From: Alphaproteobacteria bacterium
Lineage (GTDB): Bacteria; Pseudomonadota; Alphaproteobacteria; UBA2966; CAIVPW01
Assembly: GCA_018658465.1 (NCBI GenBank)
Contig: JABHVE010000016.1
Span: forward strand, 1 to 57,308
DNA length: 57,308 nucleotides
Reading direction: 5' to 3'
Shown here: piece by piece, positions 17,253-26,066 of the stretch
Numbering within the stretch: the stretch's first letter is position 1
Layout of the letters: each line of letters starts with the position of its first letter
Notes under the pieces: model-generated
Database searches by the model: none
Seen by the model: only the letters and a program-made list of their open reading frames with translations
What the model was told of the DNA's origin: nothing
Made by a program: the position numbers and the translations under genes

Positions 17253-19046
17253 TTGAATATTTTAGGAATTTCCGCGCTGTACCACGACAGCGCCGCAGCC
17301 TTGGTCCGCGACGGTAAGGTCCTCGCGGCCGCCCAGGAAGAACGATTTACCCGTATCAAAGGGGATCCAGATTTCCCAAAGAATGCGATCGAATATTGCC
17401 TGGATGCTGGCGAAATTTCCTTGGATCAAATCGACTTTGTGGCGTTCTACGACAAACCGCTTCTGACCTTTGATCGGCTCCTTGAAACGTATTTGGCGTT
17501 CGCCCCCAAAGGGTTGAAATCGCTGGTGAAGGCGATGCCGATTTGGATCAAGGAAAAGCTGTTCCTGGCCAGCGACATTCATAAGCGATTGACTAGTCTT
17601 GATCGTGGAGAAATCCCAAAGGACAAGTTGCTTTTCGGATATCACCACCATTCCCATGCAGCGAGCGCCTTTTATCCCTCCCCCTTTGATGAAGCAGCTG
17701 TCTTGGTGATGGACGGGGTTGGAGAATGGGCAACGTCAACTCTCGGCCACGGCAATGGTCAATCCTTACAGTTGCTGAAAGAGATCAAGTTTCCGCATTC
17801 CTTGGGGCTTTTGTATTCCGCCTTCACGTACTATCTGGGTTTCAAGGTCAACGAAGGTGAATACAAAATCATGGGCTTGGCACCCTATGGGGAGCCAAAA
17901 TACGCCGACATGATCCTTGAAAATTTGATCGATTTGAAAGCGGATGGGTCGTTCCACTTGGACATGCAATATTTTGATTATTGCATCGGCCTGACCATGA
18001 CCAACGATCGGTTCGACCGGTTGTTCGGTGCCCCACCCAGGAAGCCCGGCGCCGCCCTGGACCAGCGGGACATGGATCTGGCGCGGTCCGTCCAAGTTGT
18101 GACCGAAAAAATAGTTTTGCGCCTGTGCGAAACCTTGCACAAAGAAACCGGATCAAAAAATCTGTGTATGGCCGGTGGCGTCGCTTTGAACTGTGTGGCG
18201 AACGGCCGCATTGTTCGCGACGGCCCGTTTGAAAATGTTTGGATCCAACCAGCGGCCGGCGATGCCGGCGGCGCACTGGGTGTGGCCTTGGCCGTCGATG
18301 CGATTCATACCGAAAGGGAACACGCCACAAAGCCCCCTGGTGATACGATGGATGGAGCACTGCTGGGCCCGGAGTATTCACAGTCAGATATTCACCAGGC
18401 CCTGAATGCAGCAGGTGCGGTGTACCATGATTTAGATGACCGCGATTTGTTCGACACCGTGGCCACCGCGTTGGCCGATGAGAAAATTGTTGGGTGGCAC
18501 CAGGGGCGAATGGAATTTGGCCCGCGGGCCCTTGGAAACAGATCGATCCTCGGCGACCCAAGATCCTCGAACATGCAACGGATGTTGAATATGAAAATAA
18601 AATACCGGGAAAGCTTTCGCCCTTTTGCCCCGGCTATTTTACGCGACAAAGTTAGCGAATATTTCGAACTGGACGAAGACAGCCCGTACATGTTGCTGGT
18701 CGCTGGTGTTCAGGAAGATCGAAGGATCGCAGACCAAGTGAACGGCGAAGATTTAAAAGGCATCGCTAAGCTTAACGCTATTCGCAGCGACATCCCGGCC
18801 GTAACACATGTGGATTATTCCGCCCGTGTTCAGACCGTCGACGGTGAAGCCAATCCGCGTTTTCATAAGCTTATTGATGCGTTCTATGCCAAAACTGGCT
18901 GCCCAGTGTTGGTCAACACCAGCTTCAACATTCGCGACGAGCCTATCGTGTGCACGCCCCAGGACTCCTTTAATTGTTTCCTGGGAACGGAAATGGACGT
19001 CCTGGTGATTGGCAATTCGGTCCTACATAAAGCTGAGCAATGGTAA
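17253..19046 (+). CDS. Carbamoyltransferase (NodU/CmcH family)
   Basis: The N-terminus ILGISALYHDSAAALVRDGKVLAAAQEERFTRIKGD and the later NTSFNIRDEPIVCTP are hallmarks of the NodU/CmcH family. Start is TTG at 17253. Confidence 0.9.
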   Translation: MNILGISALYHDSAAALVRDGKVLAAAQEERFTRIKGDPDFPKNAIEYCLDAGEISLDQIDFVAFYDKPLLTFDRLLETYLAFAPKGLKSLVKAMPIWIKEKLFLASDIHKRLTSLDRGEIPKDKLLFGYHHHSHAASAFYPSPFDEAAVLVMDGVGEWATSTLGHGNGQSLQLLKEIKFPHSLGLLYSAFTYYLGFKVNEGEYKIMGLAPYGEPKYADMILENLIDLKADGSFHLDMQYFDYCIGLTMTNDRFDRLFGAPPRKPGAALDQRDMDLARSVQVVTEKIVLRLCETLHKETGSKNLCMAGGVALNCVANGRIVRDGPFENVWIQPAAGDAGGALGVALAVDAIHTEREHATKPPGDTMDGALLGPEYSQSDIHQALNAAGAVYHDLDDRDLFDTVATALADEKIVGWHQGRMEFGPRALGNRSILGDPRSSNMQRMLNMKIKYRESFRPFAPAILRDKVSEYFELDEDSPYMLLVAGVQEDRRIADQVNGEDLKGIAKLNAIRSDIPAVTHVDYSARVQTVDGEANPRFHKLIDAFYAKTGCPVLVNTSFNIRDEPIVCTPQDSFNCFLGTEMDVLVIGNSVLHKAEQW

Positions 19047-20050
19047 CACAACCCCCAATTTCAGATAAGATTCTCCCGGCGTTGAAAGCCCCCGGTGCAG
19101 GAAATGATACGGATCTAGAATTGATCGATGGTGGCTTGCAATGCGTCCAAACCGGAGAGACATTTATGGATGCCAACGGGGTCCCTTCCTTGTTCGCTCC
19201 AACCGACCCGAATGCCGATCAAACGGATGTAACAACACGCATCAAATCGTTTTATGAAGAATATCCCTTTCCAAATTACGACGGACTTCAGGAGTTCGGC
19301 GACCTTGTGAATTTGGGATATTCCAGCCAATTTTCAAAAGATCTTCTTCGGGCAATTGGATCAAAAAAACTGATTTTAGAATGCGGATGTGGGACCGGGC
19401 AGCTTTCTCATTTTCTTCAGCTAAACAATAATCAGGTCCTGGGGATCGATATGTCATTGGGAAGCCTGGGCCTTGCCGTGGAGCACAAGCAGCGCAATCA
19501 ATTGGCGCGCAGCAGCTTTGCCCAAATGAATATTTTTTCCTTGGCCGTCAAGGACGAGTCCATGGATGTGGTCATTTCCCATGGGGTGCTTCACCACACC
19601 TTTGATGCCCGCCGGGCTTTTATGCAAATCATTAAAAAGGTAAAGCCTGGTGGGATCGTTGTGGTTGGTCTTTACAACTCGATTTCGCGAATTCCCACAT
19701 GGGTCCGATCAAAATTTATCAACGTTTTGGGAAGCAATATTGATTACGTCGTGCGTAACCACTTTCGCGATGCTCGGAAGGCCGATATTTGGGTCAAGGA
19801 TCAGTATTTCAACCCCCATGAAACATGGCATTCCATCGACGAGGTCATGGATTGGTTCAAGGAAGGCGGCATCGAATACCGCAACTGTCGACCGGCGATC
19901 ATGGGAACGAATGGCGAAGATTTGCCGGGAATGTTCGACAAATCCCTACCCGGGTCAAAATACCAACGAATTGTGACACAGCTTTCTTGGCTAACGTCTA
20001 TTGCCCGAGAAGGCACCCTTTTCGATGTGATTGGAAGAAAGCCCGAATGA
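19040..20050 (+). CDS. Class I SAM-dependent methyltransferase
   Basis: Motif I is ILECGCGTGQLSHFL, with post-I LGIDMS and VISHGVLHHT. It overlaps the carbamoyltransferase stop by 7 nt. Confidence 0.8.
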   Translation: MVTQPPISDKILPALKAPGAGNDTDLELIDGGLQCVQTGETFMDANGVPSLFAPTDPNADQTDVTTRIKSFYEEYPFPNYDGLQEFGDLVNLGYSSQFSKDLLRAIGSKKLILECGCGTGQLSHFLQLNNNQVLGIDMSLGSLGLAVEHKQRNQLARSSFAQMNIFSLAVKDESMDVVISHGVLHHTFDARRAFMQIIKKVKPGGIVVVGLYNSISRIPTWVRSKFINVLGSNIDYVVRNHFRDARKADIWVKDQYFNPHETWHSIDEVMDWFKEGGIEYRNCRPAIMGTNGEDLPGMFDKSLPGSKYQRIVTQLSWLTSIAREGTLFDVIGRKPE

Positions 20051-20093
20051 TTTCCGGATCATCAAGAATTATTGAACCTGCGAGGCATTTGAA

Positions 20094-21410
20094 ATGAATC
20101 GGTTCTTCTCATCTATTTGGGGACTGGCGGTCGTGGCAGTCATCGCCGTGACCGTGTTTGTGTTGATCCAGGGCGGCGCGTTTTTCGACTCCATCGCGCT
20201 GAGGCTGTTGTTCGTCGGAGGTCCTGTTTCAGTGTTGATCCTGTTACTGGGCGCCCGTATTTGGCTGCCCGTTTGGCTTCCGACCATAACCATGTCCTTG
20301 GCGGCACTGGCTGCGGCCCTTTTTGCAGGCGAGGCCATCTTGCTATCAAGTGTCGAAGTAATATGGGGCACTCCCGAAATTACCAATTCCAAAGCGGATT
20401 ACATCGTTGACCTGCGCAGCCAAGGCAGAAACGCCCATGTGAACCTGTTCCCCAAGGGCCTTGTGGAGCGGAGCGGACTAGGATCCATGCGGTCAGCAAT
20501 TTCGATCGATGGAGAGGAAGTGCTGCCCCTTACCGGGATATCCCAGGCGACGATAGTGATGTGCCGGAACGGAAATTTGGAATGGGAGATTTTTGAGTCA
20601 GACCTGTTTGGTTTCCCCAACCCATCCGAAGTTTGGTCGGCGTCATCCGTTCCCGTGGGAGCTGTGGGAGATTCCAATACCCAGGGGTGGTGCGTTCCCA
20701 CCAGCCAATCATTCATGGGGCTAACCCGCTCCTCGATTCCCGGGTTAATCAACGTTGGCGCCGCCGGAAATGGCCCGATCGCCGACCTCGCCGCATTGCG
20801 GGAGTACTTGGCACCGATGAAGCCTAAAATAGTACTGTGGCTGTTTACCGGTGCCAACGACATCACCGATTTGGATCGCGAACTCAACACGCCGGTGCTG
20901 AGTGCATATCTTGATCTCGGTCATTCGCAGGGATTGAAGGATTTGCAGCCCCAGATCGACAAAGCGTTGGTGGACTTTTCCATTGATGCGCTTGACACCG
21001 CCATTGCAGGTGGCCGCACAATTGACTACCGCGAGGCGGTCCGCCGCATGCTGACGTTGTATGATCTCCGGAATTTAATTGGCATCGACAGAGGCGCAGC
21101 GACCCGACCAAATTTCGGACTTTTGGGGGAAGTTCTAGCAATGGCCAATAGCGAGGTAACCGCCTGGGGTGGAAAAATGTATTTCGTTTATCTACCAACG
21201 CCACGTGATGCAACGTCCCGCGAACTTCCTAACAGAGCCGGTATTTTGCGCACTGCTGCAGCTCAACAGCTGCCAATCATCGATCTTACACAATCATTCC
21301 AAAATTTTTCCGATCCTATCAGTCTCTTTCAGAAAAATGGGGGGTCTCATTACAGCCTCGTCGGCCACGCTCTAGTGGCCGCGGAAATCCTTGATGGGAT
21401 TAGCCAATAA
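20094..21410 (+). CDS. Membrane-anchored SGNH/GDSL-like hydrolase or acyl-transfer accessory protein
   Basis: Two or three N-terminal TM helices. Block I-like GAVGDSNTQGW, block III-like LWLFTGANDITD and a C-terminal GGSHYSLVGH. Assignment is from motifs only. Confidence 0.5.
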   Translation: MNRFFSSIWGLAVVAVIAVTVFVLIQGGAFFDSIALRLLFVGGPVSVLILLLGARIWLPVWLPTITMSLAALAAALFAGEAILLSSVEVIWGTPEITNSKADYIVDLRSQGRNAHVNLFPKGLVERSGLGSMRSAISIDGEEVLPLTGISQATIVMCRNGNLEWEIFESDLFGFPNPSEVWSASSVPVGAVGDSNTQGWCVPTSQSFMGLTRSSIPGLINVGAAGNGPIADLAALREYLAPMKPKIVLWLFTGANDITDLDRELNTPVLSAYLDLGHSQGLKDLQPQIDKALVDFSIDALDTAIAGGRTIDYREAVRRMLTLYDLRNLIGIDRGAATRPNFGLLGEVLAMANSEVTAWGGKMYFVYLPTPRDATSRELPNRAGILRTAAAQQLPIIDLTQSFQNFSDPISLFQKNGGSHYSLVGHALVAAEILDGISQ

Positions 21411-22486
21411 CACAATTCGGAGTTGCCGACGACGCGCTTCGCGTCCGGGAAGCAGTTAGCACCGATCGGGATTCGTGGAACGAATTTGTCCGCACCCAGC
21501 CTGATCAACCGCCCTTTGCTGATTTCGAGTGGAAATCAATAATCGAGGCCTCTTTCGGGCTGCGCTGCTTCTGGCTGATTGCCGAAGACAGCAGCGGTCA
21601 GATTCGCGGCGTTCTCCCCCTGTATCGGGGGCGGTCAAAACCGTCGGACGCACTGTTCGGTTTACGATTTGGCTTGGTGGCGGATGGCCACGAAGCTGAA
21701 GCAGATTTATTGGGGGCAGCCTCTGATATTGCGATGCACCAAGGCTGCACCAAGTTGGTAGTTTGCACGGGCTATCGGGCACTTTCTGAACCAGTCGAAG
21801 AGTGGCAACATGAGGTTCGCAACACCATGATTGCCGATATTCACGCGGGCGAAGAGACTGCCTGGATGGCCTTGCGGCCGAACGTTCGCAATAACATTCG
21901 TAAAGGCCAAAAGGCGGGACTGACCCTTGAATGGGGTGCGGAACATCTTCCCAACTTCCACCGGGTGTACGCAGATCTGATGGCGCGCAAAGGCCTGCCA
22001 GGGCTTCCAAGAAAATTTTTTACGAACATCCTTTCCCAATTGGGAGACAGAGCAGCATTCTTGGCGGCGTTGGTGGACGGAAGGGTCCTTGGCGGCACCG
22101 TGGTGCTGCGGACCGGCACCATCCATCACTGTACCTTTCAGGCTGCCGATCCAAATGCCAGTTCAGCGTTCGCTCCAACGCCGGCCATGGAATGGGAAGT
22201 TATTCGAACTGCCATCGCCGCCGGAGCCGCAAAGGCTGATTTGGGCGAATCCACTCCGGACAGCGGGACGTTTAAATTCAAGCGCCGATACGGCGGCGAG
22301 GCCACCGAATTGCACTATTACCACTACAAAGATCCGACCCGCCCGGAATCTTCGCCCAACCAAAAGTCCCAAGCAGCACCAACATCCCCTAGCCCTAGCC
22401 TTCAACATCGCGTTTACGATGCAGCGCCGTTGTGGGGACAACGGTGGGTCAGTCAGCGGCGTGGCATGAAGGGGCGTGTGATTTGA
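21407..22486 (+). CDS. FemAB-like / Acetyltransf_6 GNAT-fold transferase; start codon unresolved
   Basis: Family-like sequence (ALRVREAVSTDRDSWNEFV...FEWKSIIEASFG...WLIAEDSSGQIRGVLPLY) is encoded in frame from about 21422. The frame is open from 21404, but the first ATG/GTG/TTG is TTG 21674. The only start-like codon near the expected N-terminus is ATA 21407-21409, which overlaps the upstream TAA. Confidence 0.65.
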   Translation: MTQFGVADDALRVREAVSTDRDSWNEFVRTQPDQPPFADFEWKSIIEASFGLRCFWLIAEDSSGQIRGVLPLYRGRSKPSDALFGLRFGLVADGHEAEADLLGAASDIAMHQGCTKLVVCTGYRALSEPVEEWQHEVRNTMIADIHAGEETAWMALRPNVRNNIRKGQKAGLTLEWGAEHLPNFHRVYADLMARKGLPGLPRKFFTNILSQLGDRAAFLAALVDGRVLGGTVVLRTGTIHHCTFQAADPNASSAFAPTPAMEWEVIRTAIAAGAAKADLGESTPDSGTFKFKRRYGGEATELHYYHYKDPTRPESSPNQKSQAAPTSPSPSLQHRVYDAAPLWGQRWVSQRRGMKGRVI

Positions 22487-24345
22487 GCCGAGAAATCCCA
22501 CAATCACCCAGGATATCGGGCGAAAAAGTGGCTTTGGGCGACATCGAAGTCGTTTACGCGGATTCACGATCGGGGTTAGAAGCCGCCTGGGCAATGGGCC
22601 TGTCCCGAGACGCAGAAATTAGAACGTCATCGCCAAATTTGTTGCTGGACCCTGATTTGGGGGCCGTGGCATCGGATAAAGAGTTTCATCCAGCGCGCTT
22701 GAAACAAATTTTCGAAGAGACTACGGAGTGGGCGAAATCTTTTTACCTGGAATTGCTAGAAGAGACAGGATCCTCACAGTTAGCGCTTTTGGCGGCACAC
22801 CGGGCGAGCCGCTTTCAGACGCCCATTTTTAAAATTATGGCGCTGCAAGAAAGCGATTTCCACAGGCCGGTGGCCGTCCTTTCCTACGATATCTCTGATT
22901 CATTTAAACAAGCACTGTTGACCCCAGCGGTTTTGGGCATTCTGAAAGTCAGTTCAAAATTTAGGGAAATTCAACTGCCAGAATCCGCCTTGGATTTTCC
23001 CACTCCAGTGGTGGCGCATTCCGCCCCATTCTTGGAACGTCTTCATATGTCAACATGGGCGAGCAGAGGGTACCGGGGAGCCCTGTGGCTATGGAATCGG
23101 ATCCCATTTCGATCGTCCAAGGGGACAATTCTGATACTTGACGAGAATTCCTTGTTGAAAGAAACGGCATTTGAATTTGCGAAGCGTGGCTACGGGTTGC
23201 GTCGGCTGGGTGTTCCGCAATTAGAGCCCGGTCACACCCTGACCGACAAAGCAGCAGAATTTCTAGGTCGGCTTCCCCCCAAAATTTCCAAACAGTTCGA
23301 AAAATGGTTACTGCCAGAAGCAATTGGTCCGGCCACTGACCATTTGATGACCGAGATTGCAGACTACGTGTCCCGGTATGACAGTACACTTGATGGGTGG
23401 CGAAAGACTTTCGCGAGCCTTGACGGAGATCGCCCTCGCGCAATTTTTGCCAACCGCGTCTATCCAGCCGAAGCAATCAGCCTGCATCAAGTAGCCAGTG
23501 AATATGGATTGCCGGTGGCCTCCTTCCAGCATGGGGTTTCCCGTGAAATCGGATTGGTCGGAGATCGCGATGAAATCTGGTTTGAAACGACGTCCGCCAA
23601 CATCTTTTTTACCCACACCGAGGAAGCCGCACGCATTACCAACTCCAGCGAGTTGGGATCGGGTCGAGCAATCGCCGCCGGCATTGAACAAGATTTTCGT
23701 CGGGCAGGAACCTTGCCTCCCGACGATTCAAGTGCTCCACCAATTTGGTATATTGGAACGATGGGACATATCGGAAATTTTACGATGCTGAACAGAGGCA
23801 TGCGAGATCTCGACCAATCAAAATTCGAGATCAAGATGATAGACAAGGTTTTAGGTCAGTTGCCTCATCGGGTATTGTATAAACCCTATCCTGGATGCCG
23901 ATATGATGGTCCCGACCCGGTAGTTGACCGGGCCTCAACCGCAAAACAAATACATGCATTCACAGAAAGTCGCGATTTACGGTACATGCTGCGCAACAGC
24001 CGCGTGCTTATTACTTCGCGCACTTCTTCCACGGTTTCCCTGTGCCTGATGTCCAACCGACCGCTGGTCTATGTTCTTTTCCCAGGACGACCCCTTAGCC
24101 CAAGTGCCAGAGAGGCGATGGACAAGGGCGTTTTCTTGTTCGATTCAGAGGCGGACAATTTTTGGGACGAATTGCGAGATTTTCTTTCACAGCCAATTGA
24201 GAAAATCGAAGCTAAATGGCTTGACCGAGCTGCGGCTCGGGCAGATTTGATCCACGAATTTTTTGACGCTGGCAACGGCCACGCAGCAGCCCGAGCAGCC
24301 GACATGCTGGAGCAATCAAATTTTAATCCAAGCCGGATGGCTTGA
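22483..24345 (+). CDS. Conserved protein of unknown function, paralog B of 10244-12115
   Basis: Collinear similarity to paralog A over the whole length. The track ORF starts at GTG 22432. TTG 22483 overlaps the upstream TGA (TTGA) and gives an N-terminus of comparable length to paralog A. Confidence 0.85.
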   Translation: MSREIPQSPRISGEKVALGDIEVVYADSRSGLEAAWAMGLSRDAEIRTSSPNLLLDPDLGAVASDKEFHPARLKQIFEETTEWAKSFYLELLEETGSSQLALLAAHRASRFQTPIFKIMALQESDFHRPVAVLSYDISDSFKQALLTPAVLGILKVSSKFREIQLPESALDFPTPVVAHSAPFLERLHMSTWASRGYRGALWLWNRIPFRSSKGTILILDENSLLKETAFEFAKRGYGLRRLGVPQLEPGHTLTDKAAEFLGRLPPKISKQFEKWLLPEAIGPATDHLMTEIADYVSRYDSTLDGWRKTFASLDGDRPRAIFANRVYPAEAISLHQVASEYGLPVASFQHGVSREIGLVGDRDEIWFETTSANIFFTHTEEAARITNSSELGSGRAIAAGIEQDFRRAGTLPPDDSSAPPIWYIGTMGHIGNFTMLNRGMRDLDQSKFEIKMIDKVLGQLPHRVLYKPYPGCRYDGPDPVVDRASTAKQIHAFTESRDLRYMLRNSRVLITSRTSSTVSLCLMSNRPLVYVLFPGRPLSPSAREAMDKGVFLFDSEADNFWDELRDFLSQPIEKIEAKWLDRAAARADLIHEFFDAGNGHAAARAADMLEQSNFNPSRMA

Positions 24346-24418
24346 TGACCAAACGAATTTGTCGGCGAGAATTTGCCCTGATGGTTTGTGACCCCTACGC
24401 CAGGAAAGGATACTTTCG

Positions 24419-26062
24419 ATGCCCCTAATTAGCCGCAGGGTTTGGTCTGGGTCCAACCCGCTATTCTTCCGGACCGTCGCCAAAGCAGCCGATGGGAGCT
24501 CTGTCCCAGCTGGGTACAAGTTTTCTCGCCTCACCGATCCGGCCGTCCTGGAACAATCAATTTTCTCCATCCGGGACCGTGCTTTGCGCATGCGGCCAAG
24601 ATTGCAAAGCAACCACCATTGCTACGGGTTTACAACGCCGTCAGGGGAGGTCGTATCGTTCATTTGGATATCCATCGCCGAAACAGAGCCAATGGAGGTA
24701 CCCTTCCGCGACGGTATGAGCATTCGATTGAATCCCGGACAGGCCTATGTTTGGGATTGCGCCACCGTTGCCTCGCACCAACGTCGAGGCCTTTACCGCG
24801 CGGGGCTTCACCAGGCGCTTGGGCTTGCCGCCCATGCAGGCGCCATTGATTGCTACATTTGCACCGATGAAGAAAACGTGGCGTCCGTGCGAGGCATTTT
24901 AGGCGCGGGTTTTGAGAGATGCTTTGACCTTTCATTGAGGCGCATTGGGCCTGTGCGCCAAATTGGTGAGGCGGAGAACAAGGCACTGGTCTTGGGCCGC
25001 GCGCCTCCGGTGCAACTGCACCCAGGAACCCATTCAGGCCCTCGGATTTTCGTTTTTGGAAACAGCGGATACGCGACGATGGTCTTACGCTCGTTGATGG
25101 AGCGAAATGGACATATTGTGGGTGTTTGCAGTCGCGGCCTGGGGCCTTGGAGTCGCCGCATAGGGCGCGGTGCAAGCCGATTGGCGCGAACGCTTGGGAT
25201 CGATCCAAGAGAAAATTTTAATCACCGAGAGGTCTTCGATGAACTGGAGCGACCCACTGAGGTCGCGCGCCAGGTAGGGGTTCCGGTTCTTGACTCCCGC
25301 GATATTCTCAGTCCCGATTTCGAAAATTTTCTTCGCCGCCTGGGCCCGGATTTAATTTTGGTGGCTGGGTTTCACCGGCTAATTCCACCCAACATCATTG
25401 CCGTTGCCAACAAAGCCGCCGTCAATCTTCACCCCAGCCTGCTACCAAAACACCGAGGTGGGACCCCCGCACGGTGGGTGGTAAAACTGGGCGAGCGCAA
25501 TACCGGTGCGACCGCCCATATCCTAAGCCCGGAATTCGATACCGGAGATATTTTGGCCCAGTCCGAATGCCCTGTTTTCGAGAACGACACTTCAGGAGAT
25601 GTGGAGCTTCGCGTTTCCCATCTGATGGTGGATTTGGCCAACAAGGTCGTGGACGACGTTGCCGCCGAAACCCTGCAAAAATTGCCGCAAAATGAAAGTT
25701 CTGCAACTTATGAAGCGCCGTTTCATAGTGGATATCAAGAGATCGATTGGTCCTTACCAGCCAGCGAGATCCGACGAATCTGCTACGCAATGCGACCAAA
25801 ATCCGGGGGCATGGCCTGGTATGGGGACAAGCGGGTTTGCGTGTGGAACCTAACACCAGCGGACAACACCAATCCCGGCAAGGCTGGTACGGTGTTGGGA
25901 CTTGATGAGGAATTCCGGCCGGTGGTTGCCTGCGGCGATGGAGCTCTGGTCGTCACCGAAGCTTTGTGGAGAGGCCGCGTGGTCCCGGCCGCCTGGATTT
26001 CCAAAAAATTGGGACTAGAGCCAGGCAAACGATTTCGATCAATCTCTGAACTACCCGCTTAA
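24419..26062 (+). CDS. Fusion protein: N-terminal GNAT-like acyltransferase plus C-terminal formyltransferase (Fmt/ArnA-N-like)
   Basis: The first ~190 aa carry a GNAT motif-A-like segment (VASHQRRGLYRAGLHQAL...VASVRGILGAGFE). From about aa 215 the protein has IFVFGNSGYA, a canonical VNLHPSLLPKHRGGTP, HILSPEFDTGDIL and an Fmt C-terminal domain. Confidence 0.8.
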   Translation: MPLISRRVWSGSNPLFFRTVAKAADGSSVPAGYKFSRLTDPAVLEQSIFSIRDRALRMRPRLQSNHHCYGFTTPSGEVVSFIWISIAETEPMEVPFRDGMSIRLNPGQAYVWDCATVASHQRRGLYRAGLHQALGLAAHAGAIDCYICTDEENVASVRGILGAGFERCFDLSLRRIGPVRQIGEAENKALVLGRAPPVQLHPGTHSGPRIFVFGNSGYATMVLRSLMERNGHIVGVCSRGLGPWSRRIGRGASRLARTLGIDPRENFNHREVFDELERPTEVARQVGVPVLDSRDILSPDFENFLRRLGPDLILVAGFHRLIPPNIIAVANKAAVNLHPSLLPKHRGGTPARWVVKLGERNTGATAHILSPEFDTGDILAQSECPVFENDTSGDVELRVSHLMVDLANKVVDDVAAETLQKLPQNESSATYEAPFHSGYQEIDWSLPASEIRRICYAMRPKSGGMAWYGDKRVCVWNLTPADNTNPGKAGTVLGLDEEFRPVVACGDGALVVTEALWRGRVVPAAWISKKLGLEPGKRFRSISELPA

Positions 26063-26066
26063 CTGG

